Part shown: positions 29,327 through 39,371 of the stretch, one piece after another
How positions within the stretch are numbered: position 1 is the first letter of the stretch
How the letters are laid out: each line of letters opens with the position of its first letter
NCBI GenBank assembly: GCA_021786315.1
Contig: JAJYNN010000002.1
Span: forward strand, 270,997-334,996
Source: a bacterium
Lineage (GTDB): Bacteria; Patescibacteriota; Microgenomatia; Daviesbacterales; UBA10151
Direction of reading: 5' to 3'
DNA: 64,000 nt
The notes under the pieces: generated by a model
The model's input: only the letters and a program-made list of their open reading frames with translations
The model's database searches: none
Told to the model about the DNA's origin: nothing
Program-made: the position numbers and the translations under genes

Positions 29327-30646
29327 ATGAGTCAACAGAATCCATTTGAAAGCGCTTTAGTTTTACTCCGGCAGGCAGCCGAAAAGATGCAGCTTGAGGA
29401 TTCAGTTTTAAAAATATTATTGGTTCCTGAAAGGGTCATTGAGTTATCCCTTCCGCTTAAAAAAGATTCCGGAGAATTGGAAATAATTCGGGGTTACCGG
29501 GTGCAATACAATAACTGGCTTGGGCCTTACAAGGGCGGGCTACGTTTTCATCCCCAAGTTGACATGAATGAGGTTAAAGCTTTGGCCTTCTGGATGACTA
29601 TCAAAAATGCCGTCTGCAATGTGCCTTTCGGTGGTGGTAAAGGTGGACTCGAAATTGATCCTAAAACTTTATCAAAAGAAGAACTGGAAAGGTTAACCCG
29701 GGAATTTGCGAAAGAACTTGCCCCCAATGTTGGGCCGGAAGTTGACGTTCCTGCCCCCGACGTTAACACTAACGGCCAAATTATGGATTGGTTTAGGGAT
29801 GAGTATTCGAAAGTTGTCGGAAAAGATTCTCCGGCTGTGGTTACCGGCAAGCCGGTCGGCAAAGGTGGATCATTAGGCAGGGAAGAGGCAACAGGAATGG
29901 GTGGGTTTTTTGTTCTGGAACAGTTAGTCGAAAAATTATCGCTGGAGAAACCTTTAACTGTAGCCGTTCAGGGATTTGGCAATGTGGGTTTGCATATTGC
30001 CCGCTTGCTTTCCGAAAATGGTTATAAAGTTGTGGCTTTGTCTGATTCCAAAGGCGGGGTTTCTGATTTGGAAAACGGGTTTGATGTCCGCGAGGCAGAA
30101 AGCAACAAAAAGGAAAAGGGTTCATTGGGGGAATCTTATCCTGACAAAAAAATTACCAATGAAGAGCTTTTGGAATTACCGGTGGATATCTTAGTTCCGG
30201 CTGCCTTAGAAGGGGTTATTAATAAGGACAACGCCGGGAAAATTCAGGCCAAGATAATTTTAGAAATGGCTAATGGGCCAATAACGGCGGAAGGTGATGA
30301 GATCTTAAACCAGAAAGAAATTAAGGTTGTTCCTGATGTCCTGGCGAATTCCGGCGGAGTTACAGTTTCATATTTTGAATGGTATCAGAATATGCATAAA
30401 GAGGAATGGAGTGAAGAAGACGTAAATAAAAAACTCAAAGAAAAAATGGTTTCATCTTTTGCAGAAGTTTGGGGGATCCATGAAGAGAAAAATGTTAATT
30501 TCCGGACAGCAGCTTATATTTTGGCGATCCAAAGATTACTGGACTCCAGGTTACATGTTGAGCCTGTGCAAGGCGACGCCTTGCGTGAGGAATCAGAAGA
30601 GAATTTTGAAGAGCCAGTTTTTAATTTGCCAGCCGGCAGCAACTGA
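29327..30646 (+). CDS. gdhA: Glu/Leu/Phe/Val dehydrogenase (glutamate dehydrogenase)
   Basis: GPYKGGLRFHP, PFGGGKGG, DVPAPDV, VQGFGNVG, NSGGVTVSYFEW; tail overlaps the convergent gene by 54 nt. Confidence 0.93.
   Translation: MSQQNPFESALVLLRQAAEKMQLEDSVLKILLVPERVIELSLPLKKDSGELEIIRGYRVQYNNWLGPYKGGLRFHPQVDMNEVKALAFWMTIKNAVCNVPFGGGKGGLEIDPKTLSKEELERLTREFAKELAPNVGPEVDVPAPDVNTNGQIMDWFRDEYSKVVGKDSPAVVTGKPVGKGGSLGREEATGMGGFFVLEQLVEKLSLEKPLTVAVQGFGNVGLHIARLLSENGYKVVALSDSKGGVSDLENGFDVREAESNKKEKGSLGESYPDKKITNEELLELPVDILVPAALEGVINKDNAGKIQAKIILEMANGPITAEGDEILNQKEIKVVPDVLANSGGVTVSYFEWYQNMHKEEWSEEDVNKKLKEKMVSSFAEVWGIHEEKNVNFRTAAYILAIQRLLDSRLHVEPVQGDALREESEENFEEPVFNLPAGSN
30566..30586. repeat. GCAAGG-N5-CCTTGC palindrome, copy 2 (inside gdhA 3' end)
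   Basis: GTGCAAGGCGACGCCTTGCGT, translated as QGDAL. Confidence 0.7.
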
Positions 30647-31120
30647 GATAAATCCGAGAACGATTCCTCCGATGATATCAAAGGGATAGTGGACTCCTAT
30701 AAAAATCCGGGCAAAACCCACAATAAGCATAAGTATTAACAAAAGCGGGGCAAACCTGGATTTATAAAAGGTAAAACTCCAAGCTGTTACTGCCATAACT
30801 GTAGTGTGGCCGGAAGGGAAGGCTGCATCAACGGCATGTTTAATTAGGGGGGCGATATCATAAGTTACAAAAGGGCGGGGCTCGAAATAAAAGCCGTGGA
30901 TTATTCTTGTTAAAACCTCAGCAATTATCAAACCAATAAAAGCTAGTATAGTCGATTTTTTTTCTTTGGCGGATCCGAACAATGCCAAAAGCACGACGAG
31001 TAAAAATGTAGCAAAGATTAAATATTGGGCGTTAAAGATCATAAACTTATCCAGGACAGCGTTGTGATAAGCAAGCCCGAAAATTCTAAAAAATAAGGAA
31101 ATATTACTTCCGACTTCCAT
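30593..31120 (-). CDS. PAP2-family phosphatase (BcrC-like undecaprenyl-PP phosphatase)
   Basis: EPRPF, FPSGH, ARIFIGVHYPFD. Confidence 0.88.
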   Translation of the reverse strand: MEVGSNISLFFRIFGLAYHNAVLDKFMIFNAQYLIFATFLLVVLLALFGSAKEKKSTILAFIGLIIAEVLTRIIHGFYFEPRPFVTYDIAPLIKHAVDAAFPSGHTTVMAVTAWSFTFYKSRFAPLLLILMLIVGFARIFIGVHYPFDIIGGIVLGFISVAAGWQIKNWLFKILF

Positions 31121-31121
31121 A

Positions 31122-31493
31122 TTAAAACCTTAAATAAGGTAGGAAAATTATTATACCAACAATTGAGGCAGAAATGGCAGTGATCAAAACGGCGGCAGCC
31201 CCGATATCTTTAGCGTATTTTGCCCGAGGATGTTGTTCGGGGGTAAATGAATCGACAATAGCTTCAATGGCGGTGTTGGTGAGTTCTAGGGTAAGCACTA
31301 ACCCGGTCATGATAATAATAAAGATCCAATCCAGGGAACTAATTTGGAAATAAAATCCTGCCGTTATTACTAAAAGGGCAAAAAAGAAATGGAATTTTAG
31401 ATTGGGTTCTTCCTTAAAGGCTGCATACAAACCTTCAAAAGCATATTTAAAAGAGAGGATGCGGTGAAAACGTGAATGGCGAGGTTTTAGCAT
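31122..31493 (-). CDS. dgkA: Diacylglycerol/undecaprenol kinase
   Basis: SFKYAFEGL..EPN, ELTNTAIEAIVD, AKDIGAAAV. Confidence 0.92.
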   Translation of the reverse strand: MLKPRHSRFHRILSFKYAFEGLYAAFKEEPNLKFHFFFALLVITAGFYFQISSLDWIFIIIMTGLVLTLELTNTAIEAIVDSFTPEQHPRAKYAKDIGAAAVLITAISASIVGIIIFLPYLRF

Positions 31494-31514
31494 AAATCCA
31501 GTATACCATGATCT

Positions 31515-32252
31515 CTAGGTGATTGATTTATATCCCCATTCCTCAACATCTATCTTGTAGGGGTCAATTGCCAACAGTAGCCCCCGGGTAATCTTTTCCT
31601 TGGGGATGGGTGAGCTGAGTTGATAAGTTAAACGCCTAATAAGTTCCGCCATCAACCACCCCGGAACGATATGCTTTTCCGAAGGATAAACAAAGCGGAA
31701 GTTTAAGATGTGGGCAAAAAGTATTTCCCAGTGGGCCTCCATCCTCGTGAGCAATCTCTTCCAATCCAAACTGTCTCCTTTTTTTAAAAACATATGGTTT
31801 ATATCAGGGCCGTCGTAACGGTATCGGTCTTGGCGGTAAGCTTTTGACCAGATGATCTCTTCCGGCGGAACGAGCCGGACTTTTTGTCCTAATATTTCCG
31901 CAGGATAGGGGGTTTCGAACCAGGTATCGTCGATCGGGACTACGCCTTGAGCAGTCCCGAAAATTAAATCAACAACAGATTTGTTAAAGAAAGCTTTGGC
32001 CAGCCATCTTGGGTCAGAAATTTCAGTTTTGAATTCGGCATGTTTAAATAAATCCAGTATCTGCAAATAATCACCCGGTTTACAAAAAATATCAAAATCA
32101 TTGGTCTCCCTTTTGATTCCGGTATAATCCATGACGGCGTAGGATCCTCCTACAAGAAACGGAAGTCCGCTTTTATTCAAAATTTTTAGGGCTTGGGTAT
32201 AGAAATCTTCCGGACAATTGATATTCTCCTCTGCCATCTTACCTTCGTACAT
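31515..32252 (-). CDS. Nucleotidyltransferase family protein
   Basis: LVGGSYA..RETNDFD Pol-beta-type motif. Confidence 0.8.
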   Translation of the reverse strand: MYEGKMAEENINCPEDFYTQALKILNKSGLPFLVGGSYAVMDYTGIKRETNDFDIFCKPGDYLQILDLFKHAEFKTEISDPRWLAKAFFNKSVVDLIFGTAQGVVPIDDTWFETPYPAEILGQKVRLVPPEEIIWSKAYRQDRYRYDGPDINHMFLKKGDSLDWKRLLTRMEAHWEILFAHILNFRFVYPSEKHIVPGWLMAELIRRLTYQLSSPIPKEKITRGLLLAIDPYKIDVEEWGYKSIT

Positions 32253-32330
32253 TAAATAAGATTGATGTGATGATGATGAATATCAGGAAAGAATTTTGTG
32301 AGTTGGATAGCTTTAGGTATAATTAGATCC

Positions 32331-33305
32331 ATGAAAAATTTTTGGAACAAGCTTAATAAACCATTTTTTGCTCTGGCTCCTATGGAGGATGTAACTGACA
32401 CTGCTTTCCGTCAAGTAGTGGCCTCGATTGGTAAACCGGACGTTTTTTTTACTGAGTTTGCCAATGTTGACGGAATTTTTTCAGCTGGGGAAAAGAAGGT
32501 CTTCCCTCGTTTGAAGTTTACCTCAAAAGAACATCCAATTGTGGCTCAGATTTGGGGGGCGAAATTAGAAAACTTTACCAAAGCTGCCAGATTAATTGCG
32601 GAGATGGGTTTTGACGGGATCGATATTAATATGGGTTGTCCCCAAAAGTCAGTTATTAAACAAAAAGCCTGTTCTGCTTTAATTAATTATCCCGAAAAAG
32701 CCAAAGAAATATTTTTAGCAGTTAAAAGAGGTGCAGGGGATTTACCGGTAAGTATTAAAACCCGAATTGGTTTTGACAAAATCCAGACAGAAGAATGGAT
32801 CGGATTTTTATTAGAATTAGAACCGGCAGTCTTAACGGTTCATGGGCGAACTGTTAAAGAACAGTCAGAAGGCTTGGCACATTGGGATGAAATCGGCAAG
32901 GTTGTAAAAATGAGAGACAAATTAAAATCCAAAACTTTAATTATGGGTAATGGGGATGTGGCGAGCTTGGATAATGCAAGGGAAAAATGTCAGCAGTATG
33001 GGGTGGATGGGGTGATGATCGGGCGCGGAGTGTTCCATAATCCTTGGGTTTTTAATCCCGAAGTTGATTTAAATAAAGTAACAATCAAAGATAGGTTAAA
33101 AGTTTTGGAAAAACACCTGCAGCTTTTCGAAAAAAGTTGGCAAGGGGAAAAGGACTTTAACATTTTGAAAAAATTCTTTAAAGCATATATTCGGGACTTT
33201 GATGGTGCTTCAGAACTCCGGACTAAATTAATGGAAGTAAATAATCCTCAAGAGGTCCATAATCTTCTGCAAGGTGACGCCTTGCAGAGAACTAAACAAT
33301 TGTAG
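32331..33305 (+). CDS. dus: tRNA-dihydrouridine synthase
   Basis: LAPMEDVTD, IDINMGCP, VHGRT, GNGD, GVMIGRG. Confidence 0.93.
   Translation: MKNFWNKLNKPFFALAPMEDVTDTAFRQVVASIGKPDVFFTEFANVDGIFSAGEKKVFPRLKFTSKEHPIVAQIWGAKLENFTKAARLIAEMGFDGIDINMGCPQKSVIKQKACSALINYPEKAKEIFLAVKRGAGDLPVSIKTRIGFDKIQTEEWIGFLLELEPAVLTVHGRTVKEQSEGLAHWDEIGKVVKMRDKLKSKTLIMGNGDVASLDNAREKCQQYGVDGVMIGRGVFHNPWVFNPEVDLNKVTIKDRLKVLEKHLQLFEKSWQGEKDFNILKKFFKAYIRDFDGASELRTKLMEVNNPQEVHNLLQGDALQRTKQL
33266..33288. repeat. GCAAGG-N5-CCTTGC palindrome, copy 3 (inside dus 3' end)
   Basis: TCTGCAAGGTGACGCCTTGCAGA, translated as QGDAL. Confidence 0.7.
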
Positions 33306-33954
33306 AGGTGCGTAGGGTAGAGATCATGCTTTCTATTTCCGGCGTGTAATCGATTGGGCTGCTGGCAGGAAAACCTGTCGTTGAAACCCTGTTGGTGATT
33401 TTTAGAACCGGGTTGGTATTAGTGCACCAAAGGTTTTGGGTAAAGTTGGGAGTAACTGTAGTTGATTTTAAAGTAGGGATAGACCCAATACTTACAGTGG
33501 TCCCGTCGCACCCGGCTAAGCTGTTATCAACAATTACCGTGATTGGTTTTTGGGCTGTCCCACAAATCACATTTAGCTGGTCAATCCCGGTTGCCGGATC
33601 AAATTCAAAGTTAGGGGAGTTGTTACAAGTCAAAAGCCCCCAATTTGCCGGATAATTAAGAGTAAATCCCGGACCAGTAACAGTTTTTACTAAGTTAAAA
33701 GTAGTGACAGGAACTGGTGTCGGGGTAACTACTATTATTTGAGGAGTGGGGGTGGGAATAGGAGCGCTGCTGATAGGGGTGGGCGTCGGGGTTGTTATAA
33801 CTGTGGGTATGGATGTAGGTGTAGGGGTTGGAGTCACAACCGCAGTTGGAGTGCTCACTGCTCTGAAAATAAAAGAGATCAAAAATCCGATGATAATTAA
33901 AAAAATAATTACAGCGATGATGATAAGAATAATTACAATAATCTGCCTACTCAC
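33292..33954 (-). CDS. Membrane-anchored protein with Pro/Thr stalk and Cys-containing (PsbP-like?) domain
   Basis: N-terminal TM, (TP)n linker, FTLNYPANW. Confidence 0.7.
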   Translation of the reverse strand: MSRQIIVIILIIIAVIIFLIIIGFLISFIFRAVSTPTAVVTPTPTPTSIPTVITTPTPTPISSAPIPTPTPQIIVVTPTPVPVTTFNLVKTVTGPGFTLNYPANWGLLTCNNSPNFEFDPATGIDQLNVICGTAQKPITVIVDNSLAGCDGTTVSIGSIPTLKSTTVTPNFTQNLWCTNTNPVLKITNRVSTTGFPASSPIDYTPEIESMISTLRTSTIV

Positions 33955-34064
33955 AGCTTATCTTAATTTAGCAAAATCAAGATAGGAAAAGATAAGAGAG
34001 AGGTCGTAACTTTGAAAGAATATCTTAGGTTTTTTTATGTTAAAATTACTCAGGAATAATTGCG

Positions 34065-34961
34065 ATGGCTAAACGTAAATCCTCCCACCGGTTTCAGATT
34101 TCCCCCGCTCACCTTAATATTATTCTCCTGGCAATTTTATTAACCCTTTTCGGCATTTATAGGACTTATGTTTTAGAGAATGAACCAAATTCCGGAAGGG
34201 AGGTTAGGGAGATGGGGCAACTGCCGTCAGAAATTAAAAAAGAACTTCAGGTTGCTTCCCCTTCTGCCACGTTCAGAGTCCCTGTTTTGCTTTACCACTA
34301 CGTTGAGTATGTCCAGGACAAAAAAGATACCACCCGGCAGTCGCTAAACATTAATCCTTATATCTTCGAGACTCAAGTTAAAACTTTGAAAGATGCCGGT
34401 TTCACTTTTATGACAGCTTCGGATATTGCCGATGTTTTGGATGGGAAAAAAGCTTTACCCCAAAAACCTGTGGCTCTGACTTTTGATGATGGGTACAGGG
34501 ACTTATATACTGATGTTTTGCCGATCCTTAAAAAATACGGTGCCCACGCGACTGCCTTTATTGTCCCGGGGTTTATTGATGGCCCAAACTCGATGTATGC
34601 CTGGCAACTCAAAGATGTTGCGGGAAGCGGGTTAGTGGAAATTGGGGCTCACACCATGCACCACAGCTACCTTAAAGGTATGGCGCTAAGTCGTGTCCAA
34701 TTCGAAGTTGACCAAAGTAAAGAAGCTTTGCAAAAAGAATTAGGAATTCCGGTTTCTTCTTTTGCTTATCCTTACGGGGCTTTTGATAAACAAACTGAAG
34801 ATGTTGTTAAAAATGCCGGTTTTAGAATTGCTATCTCTACAGTTCCCGGTGTAGAAGTAAACCAGGCAGACCGCTTTTTTGTTTACCGGATCCGTCCCGG
34901 TGCAAGAACAGGGGAAGAGCTTATTAAATTCTTAGAACAAAAAACATTTCACCCCTACTAA
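34065..34961 (+). CDS. Polysaccharide deacetylase (CE4/NodB)
   Basis: PVLLYH, LTFDDG, GAHTMHH, FAYPYG. Confidence 0.92.
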   Translation: MAKRKSSHRFQISPAHLNIILLAILLTLFGIYRTYVLENEPNSGREVREMGQLPSEIKKELQVASPSATFRVPVLLYHYVEYVQDKKDTTRQSLNINPYIFETQVKTLKDAGFTFMTASDIADVLDGKKALPQKPVALTFDDGYRDLYTDVLPILKKYGAHATAFIVPGFIDGPNSMYAWQLKDVAGSGLVEIGAHTMHHSYLKGMALSRVQFEVDQSKEALQKELGIPVSSFAYPYGAFDKQTEDVVKNAGFRIAISTVPGVEVNQADRFFVYRIRPGARTGEELIKFLEQKTFHPY

Positions 34962-35908
34962 AACATTTGTCGGTCTTTCAAATCCTGTTTGATTATTTCA
35001 ATAAATTTAGCGCTTCCGGTTTCATTTAAATGATCTGAATTGTCAGCAAAATCATCAGTATTAAACCTCTGGTCTTTTAAATAATTAAGATAAGGAATTT
35101 GTAGCTTTTCCGATATTTTGCCAACTGTTTTTTGCAAGTTCTCGTATTTTACCGGATCGACAGAAGAGTAATATGAGGCTGTTGCCGGGAAAGTGATTAA
35201 TACTACTTTTACTCCATGGCTCTGTAGCTTACTGATGGTATCTTCTAGGAGAGCGGTATTTTTAGGGATCAATGCCGGTCTCATGAAACTGGTATGTTTT
35301 TGGGCATTTTTTTGCCCGGCATTTTTCTCTTGTGACCTTTTTATCTTGGGGAAATCATACCATCCTACAGATGTGTTGTACTCAAGGAGATTATTTCTAA
35401 AACCGCTCATGGCCAGTGTGCGGATTGTTTCCGGATCATAAGAAGCGACCAAACTATAGTTTCGGGGATCTAAAGGATCGGGCTTTGCGGGAGGAATATC
35501 AAAGAATCGTTGGTAAAAAAATTTCCGCCAATATTCATTAGTGTTTTCTAAACTAAATTCTAAAGAAAAGTAGGAAATGCCGATAAAGGCTACTTTCAGA
35601 TTTGGCATCATATTGATGTATTTTGAAAGAATGGCGTGATCGTAATAGATATCCTGATTGGAGTTGGCTAAGTTACAGGAATTTTTAAAAAAGGCCGCGG
35701 GGTTAATATCATAATGGGCCTGGGAAGATCCAAGAATAATCATCTCTACTTTTGCCGGATCTTTTTCAATGCAGTTCCTTTTTAGAGTATAACTATTAGA
35801 AACAGAAGCAAGATTGTATTCCAAAATTAACACAAGAATTACCGGGACCGTTAAGAAAAGCAGTAACCTCTTTATAAAAAATATTGGAGAACCCGTTGTT
35901 CTATACAT
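34958..35908 (-). CDS. Membrane-anchored SGNH-like protein (DltD/AlgJ-like)
   Basis: ILGSS block I; DHLN C-terminal catalytic-type motif. Confidence 0.7.
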   Translation of the reverse strand: MYRTTGSPIFFIKRLLLFLTVPVILVLILEYNLASVSNSYTLKRNCIEKDPAKVEMIILGSSQAHYDINPAAFFKNSCNLANSNQDIYYDHAILSKYINMMPNLKVAFIGISYFSLEFSLENTNEYWRKFFYQRFFDIPPAKPDPLDPRNYSLVASYDPETIRTLAMSGFRNNLLEYNTSVGWYDFPKIKRSQEKNAGQKNAQKHTSFMRPALIPKNTALLEDTISKLQSHGVKVVLITFPATASYYSSVDPVKYENLQKTVGKISEKLQIPYLNYLKDQRFNTDDFADNSDHLNETGSAKFIEIIKQDLKDRQMF

Positions 35909-35942
35909 TGCAATATATACAAAGAAATTATATAGTTATCTC

Positions 35943-36086
35943 ATGCGTTTGGGAATGAAGATCTTAGCCTATCTTGTGGTGGCCCTGATTCTGATGGGCT
36001 TGGGGTATTATTTTATTTTCTCCTCAAAAAATTCCAATACCGGAACAGTTGGAGAACCTCCCATAAAAAGCATCTACGGATATTGA
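35943..36086 (+). CDS. Small single-TM protein ending SIYGY
   Basis: 47 aa from ATG 35943 (or ATG 35955); one TM helix; abuts the SGNH gene. Confidence 0.55.
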   Translation: MRLGMKILAYLVVALILMGLGYYFIFSSKNSNTGTVGEPPIKSIYGY

Positions 36087-37810
36087 AAATGAGGAGTTTC
36101 CCAAAACGTTTAGCTATTCAGGTTTTATTCGCAATTTTCCTGGTTCTAACTTTTTTCGAAATCTTGCTAAGAATATTTTGGAATCCTCCTTATTTGGAAG
36201 AAAAATATAAAAGAAATGATCTGGCCTGGCTTCAACAAAATGTAAAACTTAACCACTTTGGTTACCGTGACCGGGAGTTTGATTTAAAAAAGGATCCTGG
36301 GACTTTCCGGATATACACTGCTGGGAGCTCATATTCTTTTGGCTGGTACCTTAACGATTATAAATTGTCTTATCCTAAACAACTCGAATTATTACTTACT
36401 GACAAATTCAAAGACCACAAAATTGAAGTGGTAAACAGCGCTCGACCGGGGTTTAGTTTAGGGGAGCGGGTTAATAGATTAAAGACTGATGGTTTATTGT
36501 TTGACCCGGATATGTTTATATTAAGTATTAATCCATTCGATCTCTCGGTCAAAAGTTTTAAGCCGGGGATTACCAACTTGAAATTTATTCGGGATTTAAG
36601 GTTGTATCAATTTCTATATGCCAGGTTCGAAATTGCCCGGGTAGCCAAACTTCGCGATGCAGAGATTGTCGAAAATGCATCTGAGAACTCTAGCCAGTTG
36701 CAAAAAGTTGAAAAATTAATATTGGATGCTAAAAAGACGGCGGATGATAATGGGATAGATTTTGTGTTGTTGCTTTTTCCGGAACTGGATATAAATAATC
36801 CCAACGGTACCTATAAGTACACTAAGGTTAATGAGCAGTTTAAAACATTTGCCAAAGAAAATTCGATAAATTTTATTGATGCGTTTGAAGGATATAAAGG
36901 TTACCCTAAGAAGGGAGATCTAATTATAAATCCTACAGACCCTCACCCCAGTGCGCTTGCAAATAAGTTAACTGCTAACTATCTTTTAAATCAAATCGAT
37001 TTTGAAAAAATCATTAATTCATCCCGAACTTCCCCCGCTGTAGAAACTGCAACTGTTTCTTTAAATATGCCTTTAGATAGCTTTAATTTCATCTCATCAA
37101 TTGAGCCTTCAGGTTGGCTATATTTTAATAAGGAATTTGGGGGGACAATGAATTTCTTTTTACCGGATAGCCCGGACAGGGAAGTTTTGTATATGGAAGA
37201 TGTTTTAAAAACATCGGCCGGATTCACTAATGATGGTTGGCCGGGAGCAAAAATTGAACATCGAATTTTAGCTAAATCTAATCCTTTGGTGCTTCCGCAA
37301 AAATTGTATGGATATCGGGTGGTAGGAATTTCCGGGATAACCGGTTTTTGGGTGGAGGATGGTGCTTTACGGAGTAAAGATTTAGATCTTGTTTCTACAG
37401 AAATTACCAGAGACCAAAATAATATTTATCTGAAAGTAAATGACCCGCAAAAATTCCTGTTATATAAAATTACTGCAGATATCAGAATCAAACAATTTGA
37501 TATTGAAAAAGGAAAAATTACTGATTTATTTTCCACCCGATTAGAATCCGCAAGTGTTAACCAAGGCGGGCAAAAGGTATCTTTACAAGTTGAAGGTAAG
37601 ATCGGGTCTTTACCAAAGTTTACGTATTTAGGTAAGAAGGTTGGCTATGTCTGGCTGGATAATAAATTAGTTGGTGCTGATATTTCTGTGTCCGGTAATC
37701 AATTGGATATAGTTTTAAAAAACAAAGTTATAAAAGATTCGACTCTGGAAGTTCCCCTTGCCGAAGAGTTAGATAAGACTGTTGAAATGCCAACAATTTA
37801 TTATAAGTAG
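36083..37810 (+). CDS. SGNH/GDSL-family protein with long C-terminal extension
   Basis: FEILLR, NHFGYRD, GSSYSFG, NSARPG, DPHPS. Confidence 0.8.
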   Translation: MKMRSFPKRLAIQVLFAIFLVLTFFEILLRIFWNPPYLEEKYKRNDLAWLQQNVKLNHFGYRDREFDLKKDPGTFRIYTAGSSYSFGWYLNDYKLSYPKQLELLLTDKFKDHKIEVVNSARPGFSLGERVNRLKTDGLLFDPDMFILSINPFDLSVKSFKPGITNLKFIRDLRLYQFLYARFEIARVAKLRDAEIVENASENSSQLQKVEKLILDAKKTADDNGIDFVLLLFPELDINNPNGTYKYTKVNEQFKTFAKENSINFIDAFEGYKGYPKKGDLIINPTDPHPSALANKLTANYLLNQIDFEKIINSSRTSPAVETATVSLNMPLDSFNFISSIEPSGWLYFNKEFGGTMNFFLPDSPDREVLYMEDVLKTSAGFTNDGWPGAKIEHRILAKSNPLVLPQKLYGYRVVGISGITGFWVEDGALRSKDLDLVSTEITRDQNNIYLKVNDPQKFLLYKITADIRIKQFDIEKGKITDLFSTRLESASVNQGGQKVSLQVEGKIGSLPKFTYLGKKVGYVWLDNKLVGADISVSGNQLDIVLKNKVIKDSTLEVPLAEELDKTVEMPTIYYK

Positions 37811-37882
37811 GGATTACTGGATTCATACCCCAAACTCACGCAATTATTTCTGCTCAAATTTAAGATTTACCCATTAATTTCG

Positions 37883-38983
37883 ATGAAAGAGGTTTTGGTT
37901 GTTTTTCTTGTTTGGATTACGTCAATTAACCTTTTTGCCTTTACAGCCTTTCACCGCTTTAACCTAACGGGAGACACTGCCTATAACTGGACAAGCCGCT
38001 ATTTTTTACCGGCAAGGGATACGGATTTTTTTTCGCTGCATGAGAGGTGGGACTCTTATTGGTACTTGGATATTGCTGAACATGGATATTCGTTTCACAG
38101 TGGGGATAGTTTATCCAATGTAGCATTCTTTCCGCTTTATCCATTTTTAATAAGGATTTCCACTCCCATCTTTTTCGGCCAGGCAAATATAGCCGGTTGG
38201 TTTATAAGTGCCGTATCTTTACTTTTGGTGCTGATATATTTTTATAAACTAATCAAAAGATTTCATCCAAATATAAATCCTCATCTAGTTTTAGTTTTTC
38301 TGTTATTATTTCCGACTGCATTTTTTTTAAACGCGATTTATACAGAATCATTGTTTCTATTTTTGTCTATTGCTGCCTTTTACTACATGTTCAGTAAAAA
38401 CTTATTATTATCAGGAATCTTTGGCTTTTTGGCATCGGTGACGAGGCCTTCAGGTGTCTATCTCTTTATCCCACTTCTTTGGGAATATTACAGGCAAAAT
38501 TCCAGTATTAGAGCATTATTCAGAAAGGAATCTTTGTTTGTATTCTTAACTCCATTAGGTTTTGCTGTAACGCTGTTGATAGATTATTTACTTTTCCGCG
38601 ATCCGTTGTTATTTTTCAAAGTGGAAGGATGGTGGGGCAGGGGTTTTAACTTGAGGTCCGTATATATTAATCTTTTTAGTCAACCATCGGTTGTGAATTT
38701 TGCTTGTGACGTTTCGTTTTTCTTTTTTGCGGCTGCGGCCGCATATTTCCTTTTTAAAAATATCCGCACTTCTTATGGTCTTTATGTTTTGGTCACGATT
38801 TTGCCGGCAATTGCTTCGGGGACTTTGCTTAGTATCGGCAGGTATATTTTAGTGTTATTCCCGATATATATCTTGCTGGCTTCGATAAAAAACAAATATA
38901 TCCAGGCCTTAGTTCTTTTTAACTTTTCCCTCTATTTGGCCATGTTTACCACCCTTTTTGTAAACTACTATTGGACAGGATAG
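37883..38983 (+). CDS. GT-C membrane mannosyltransferase (PIG-V-like)
   Basis: RWDSYWYLDIAEHGY, AFFPLYP, YTESLF; multiple TMs. Confidence 0.88.
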   Translation: MKEVLVVFLVWITSINLFAFTAFHRFNLTGDTAYNWTSRYFLPARDTDFFSLHERWDSYWYLDIAEHGYSFHSGDSLSNVAFFPLYPFLIRISTPIFFGQANIAGWFISAVSLLLVLIYFYKLIKRFHPNINPHLVLVFLLLFPTAFFLNAIYTESLFLFLSIAAFYYMFSKNLLLSGIFGFLASVTRPSGVYLFIPLLWEYYRQNSSIRALFRKESLFVFLTPLGFAVTLLIDYLLFRDPLLFFKVEGWWGRGFNLRSVYINLFSQPSVVNFACDVSFFFFAAAAAYFLFKNIRTSYGLYVLVTILPAIASGTLLSIGRYILVLFPIYILLASIKNKYIQALVLFNFSLYLAMFTTLFVNYYWTG

Positions 38984-39004
38984 ATTTGTGAGATAATAGC
39001 GCCA

Positions 39005-39301
39005 ATGGATTCCATTACTGATTTGTTTGATTTTGACTTTGAAGTTGAATATATGCTTTTTGTGGACGAGTTGGAAAACTCAGCCGGAATTTATGTTGTC
39101 CATACTGAAAAGGAAATATTAGATGCCGGGGAAACTGAGGACTTAAAAGAGGCAATAGAATCGCATCCTCATACCAAAAGCTGGATTGATAAAGCTCAAA
39201 AGGGGGATATCTATATTGCCTTCCATTCCGATCCAGATCCCGAAAGCCGCAAAGATAAGCTGCTTTATATCCAGTCTAAAATAATTCCTCAAGTAAGATA
39301 A
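39005..39301 (+). CDS. Hypothetical protein, degenerate GIY-YIG-like
   Basis: GIYVV..ILDAGETEDL pattern. Confidence 0.55.
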   Translation: MDSITDLFDFDFEVEYMLFVDELENSAGIYVVHTEKEILDAGETEDLKEAIESHPHTKSWIDKAQKGDIYIAFHSDPDPESRKDKLLYIQSKIIPQVR

Positions 39302-39371
39302 TCTTCTTTCTTCTTACTTACAAAAAGTTAATCCATTTTTAAGCTCTTCAAGATATCATTACTCTCGTAAA

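Noticed and set aside
33716-33852. Repetitive GGGGT/GGAGT tract as a DNA repeat element
   Set aside because: Explained by the Pro/Thr linker codons of the minus-strand protein.
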